This document shows, in pieces, positions 61,012 through 64,000 of a DNA stretch of 64,000 nt. Position 1 is the stretch's first letter, and every line of letters begins with the position of its first letter. Both the position numbers and the translations under genes were made by a program. The notes under the pieces are model-generated. The model worked only from the letters and a program-made list of their open reading frames with translations, was not told where the DNA came from and made no database searches. Source of the stretch: Opitutia bacterium (GTDB taxonomy: Bacteria; Verrucomicrobiota; Verrucomicrobiia; Opitutales; T3Sed10-336); the NCBI GenBank assembly GCA_050506795.1, contig JBJHCF010000002.1, forward strand, positions 62,933-126,932, read 5' to 3'.

Positions 61012-61289
61012 TGTCTAAAGCACGGCGCTACCGTAGGTCCCTGCTTCAGCGGGACATCCCGGTGGCTCGGGAGCGTGTCTCAGTCGCACCCCGACGCCGG
61101 CTGAAGCACCGCGCTACCGTAGGTCCCTGCTTTAGCGGGACATCCCGGTGGCTCGGGAGCGTGTCTCAGTCGCACACCGACGCCGGCTGAAGCACCGCGC
61201 TACCGTAGGTCCCTGCTTCAGCGGGACATCCCGGTGGCTCGGGAGCGTGTCTCAGTCGCACCCCGACGCCGGCTGAAGCACCGCGCTAC
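61012..61289 (+). repeat. Tandem array of three near-identical 86-bp REP family B units plus a partial unit
   Basis: GTAGGTCCCTGCTT(C/T)AGCGGGAC starts at 61033, 61119 and 61205; each unit ends CCGGCTGAAGCACCGCGCTAC. Confidence 0.9.
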
Positions 61290-61300
61290 TGGTAAGACCC

Positions 61301-64000
61301 CTAACGAAACTTCATTTCAACCGTGTGTTCGTGGTGGTCGTTGTGGAGGGGGAGGCGGTTCCCCGGAATTTCATCCCCGTCGAGGGCGAGGGCGGGTGGA
61401 GAGTCATCGGAGATGCGAGTGAAGGTGATGTGATAGACCGTCTGGTAGTAGCGGTAATGCACTTTATGGGTGGTCCAGCTTTGTGGAACCCGGGGGGTGA
61501 GGCGGAGGTGGTCGCCTTCACGGTGGATGCCGAGAAGGGTCTCGGTGAGCAGACGGTACATCCAGGCGGCGGAGCCGGTGTACCAGGACCAGCCGCCGCG
61601 GCCGGTGTGCGGGGCCACGCCGTAGACGTCGGCGGCGACGACGTACGGTTCCGCATGGTAAACGGCGATCCGTTCGGCGGTGCCGCCGTGGTGGACGGGA
61701 TTGAGCAACGCGAACAATTCCCAGGCGCGTTCGGTTTCGCCCATTCGCGCGAACGCCATGGCCGCCCAAATGGCGCCGTGGGTGTACTGTCCCCCGTTCT
61801 CGCGCACGCCCGGGATGTAGCCTTTGATGTAGCCGGGATTGAGGTCCGACTCATCGAAGGGCGGATCGAAGAGCTGGATGAGCCCGTCGTCGCGGCGGAC
61901 CAGGCGCCGGTCGACCGACTCCATCGCCTGACGCGAACGATTGGGGTCGCCGGCCCCGCTGAGCACACTCCAGCTCTGCGGCAGGGAATCGATCTGACAT
62001 TCCAAATTGCTGTGGGATCCGAGCGGTTCGCCGTTGTCGAAATAGGCGCGCCGGTACCACTCGCCGTCCCAGGCATGGTTTTCGAGGTTCCGTTGCAGTT
62101 CGCCGGCCTGCGAGAGACAACGTTCCGCGAAACCGGAATCGTTGTGCGCGGCGGCGACTTGGGCGAAGCGGTGGAGGACGTCGTAGAGAAAAAATCCCAT
62201 CCAAACGCTCTCCCCTCGCCCTTCGTGGCCGACGCGGTTCATGCCGTCATTCCAGTCCCCTCCCCCGATCAACGGCAACCCGTGTTCGCCGAAACGCAGT
62301 CCATGTTCCACGGCGCGCACGCAGTGCTGGTAAAGCGTGGCGGACTCCGCGGAGCGATTGGGCAACTCGTAGAGCGATTCCTCCTCCTGCTTGAGCAACC
62401 GGGTTTCGAGAAAAGGAACGACTTCGTCGAGGACTCCCGTGTCGCCGACACAGCTGACGTAATGGCAGGTCACATACGGCAGCCAGAGAAAGTCGTCGGA
62501 GAAGTGGGTCCGCACACCGCGTCCGGCCGGCGGGTGCCACCAGTGCTGGACATCGCCTTCGCGAAATTGACGGCTCGCGGCCCGCAGGAGATGGGCGCGG
62601 GTCAGACCGGGTTCGGCGTGGACCAGGGCCATCGAGTCCTGCAATTGATCGCGAAAACCGTAGGCGCCCCCGGACTGATAGAACCCGGTGCGACCCCACA
62701 TGCGGCAGCTCAGGGTCTGATACAACAGCCAGCCATTGGCCATGACATTCACTGAGGAATCGGGCGTATCCACATTGATCGCTCCGAGCGTTCGGTTCCA
62801 GTGTTCCCAGACGCCTTCGAGCGCGCGTCGGGCGGAGCCGGTATCACGAAAGCGCCGGATCAGGTTCTGGACGTCGGAACGGTTGCGTCCGACCCCGAGT
62901 CGAAAGCGGGTTTCCCGTTCCTGTCCGTGCGGCAAGTCGAAGGCCACCTGGGCCGCGCCGCATGGGTCCAGGGCGGCGCCGACCCGGCCGGAAAGACGCA
63001 CGCCTTTCAACGCCGCCGGGCGGGAGAGGTCGCCGTTGCGCCCGATGAACTCCCCGCGACTGCCGGTCAGCGTGCGGCTGGTGTCGTGCACGTCGATGAA
63101 TGCGATGCGATCGGCGAATTCGGTGTTGTAAGGGTTGCGCGCCAGGAGCGCGCCGGTTTCGGGGTCCACTTCGGTCTGGACGTGCAACAGGCTGTTGCGC
63201 CGGAAATCGCCCAGGACCCATTCGCAATAACCGAAAACCGACAGGCGGCGGGGACGTCCGGAAATATTGCGGCATTTGAGGACGTTGTATTTCACCGGAG
63301 CGTCCATGGTCACATAGACCCACAATTCGGATACGATGCCCTCTTCGGTGTGTTCAAAGACCGTGTAGCCGAAACCGTGACGAATGACATAGGGGGTGGC
63401 GCCGCGCGCGGGCGACGGCGTCGGCGACCAATACCGTCCGGTCTCCTCATCGCGGATATAGAACGCCTCACCGGGGGGGTCCTCGACGGGGTCGTTGTTC
63501 CATGGAGTCAAACGAAACTCGCGGGCGTTTTCGATCCAGGTGTAGGCGGCGCCGCTTTCGGAAATCACCGTGCCGAAATGTGGATTGGCGATGACGTTGA
63601 CCCAGGGCATGGGGGTGGCGGTACCGGGATACAGTGTGATGACGTATTCGTGGCCGTCCCGGGTAAAGCCCCCTATTCCGTTGTTAAAGATCAGATCGCG
63701 CGGCGGCAATGAAGGCGTCGAGGTTTTGCGTGAGCCGGAAGCCCGGTTTGATCTTCCGGGTTGATCGGGTTCGCGCGAGGCAACAGGTTCGGGACCGGCA
63801 GGCTTGAGTGCCGGGACCGGCCGCACCAGCATGCGAGGCGCTTCAATTTGTTCTTCCAGCGTTCCCTTCTCGCCGTCCAGCACAATGCGCGCGACGGTTT
63901 TGAGCAGCAAGCGGTCCTCGTGTGGGATCTGTTCCAGCCTTCGGACAAAAATCCCGCCCGGACGGTCCAACAGGTGCGCTTCCGATCCGGAAGCAATCAG
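61301..64000 (-). CDS. ndvB: C-terminal GH94 phosphorylase domain of an NdvB/Cgs-type cyclic beta-1,2-glucan synthase (5' end outside window)
   Basis: PWVNVIANP.FG, RHGFGY, FYQSGGAYGFRDQLQD, GDWNDGMN.VG, YIKGY.PGVRENGGQYTH, WYTGSA.W. Confidence 0.85.
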   Translation of the reverse strand: MIASGSEAHLLDRPGGIFVRRLEQIPHEDRLLLKTVARIVLDGEKGTLEEQIEAPRMLVRPVPALKPAGPEPVASREPDQPGRSNRASGSRKTSTPSLPPRDLIFNNGIGGFTRDGHEYVITLYPGTATPMPWVNVIANPHFGTVISESGAAYTWIENAREFRLTPWNNDPVEDPPGEAFYIRDEETGRYWSPTPSPARGATPYVIRHGFGYTVFEHTEEGIVSELWVYVTMDAPVKYNVLKCRNISGRPRRLSVFGYCEWVLGDFRRNSLLHVQTEVDPETGALLARNPYNTEFADRIAFIDVHDTSRTLTGSRGEFIGRNGDLSRPAALKGVRLSGRVGAALDPCGAAQVAFDLPHGQERETRFRLGVGRNRSDVQNLIRRFRDTGSARRALEGVWEHWNRTLGAINVDTPDSSVNVMANGWLLYQTLSCRMWGRTGFYQSGGAYGFRDQLQDSMALVHAEPGLTRAHLLRAASRQFREGDVQHWWHPPAGRGVRTHFSDDFLWLPYVTCHYVSCVGDTGVLDEVVPFLETRLLKQEEESLYELPNRSAESATLYQHCVRAVEHGLRFGEHGLPLIGGGDWNDGMNRVGHEGRGESVWMGFFLYDVLHRFAQVAAAHNDSGFAERCLSQAGELQRNLENHAWDGEWYRRAYFDNGEPLGSHSNLECQIDSLPQSWSVLSGAGDPNRSRQAMESVDRRLVRRDDGLIQLFDPPFDESDLNPGYIKGYIPGVRENGGQYTHGAIWAAMAFARMGETERAWELFALLNPVHHGGTAERIAVYHAEPYVVAADVYGVAPHTGRGGWSWYTGSAAWMYRLLTETLLGIHREGDHLRLTPRVPQSWTTHKVHYRYYQTVYHITFTRISDDSPPALALDGDEIPGNRLPLHNDHHEHTVEMKFR

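Noticed and set aside
61012..61289. CRISPR array
   Set aside because: Whole 86-bp units are near-identical, so there are no unique spacers; no cas genes; the same unit occurs elsewhere as a REP-like element.

Overview
GC-rich bacterial chromosome segment. Gene content (H-X9-DG prepilin protein, large acidic exoproteins with a shared C-terminal domain, a fused SBP-permease ABC protein, several REP-like families) suggests Verrucomicrobiota/Opitutales; this is inference. (1) 1-3965 is the right end of an element integrated at tRNA-Leu(TAA). It carries a minimal family-A-polymerase-like gene and a promoter/operator-controlled JAB(RadC)-small ORF-HTH operon, and ends in a 3' tRNA fragment with an adjacent IHF consensus. 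(2) 4-15 kb has two large exoproteins (metzincin protease; triple LamG), a GAF protein and a prepilin-like protein. (3) 15-30 kb has VTT, cupin, NamZ, an Opp-type ABC system with an SBP-permease fusion, a REC-PAS-GGDEF-EAL plus cNMP-binding membrane protein pair, DUF3127 and tRNA-Gln(CTG). (4) 30-54 kb has sulP-usp convergent with sbtAB, polysaccharide enzymes, GlxA, CvfB, several gene remnants, a redoxin, DUF1593, ThuA, GH43-CBM42 and PepX. (5) 54-64 kb is a probable stress/osmoadaptation cluster with small membrane proteins, a NarL-type regulator, a CheB-CheR-PAS-kinase-REC gene frameshifted in a C9 tract, 86-bp REP arrays and a GH94/NdvB-type gene running off the window. Family assignments come from motif recognition by eye; no searches were run.
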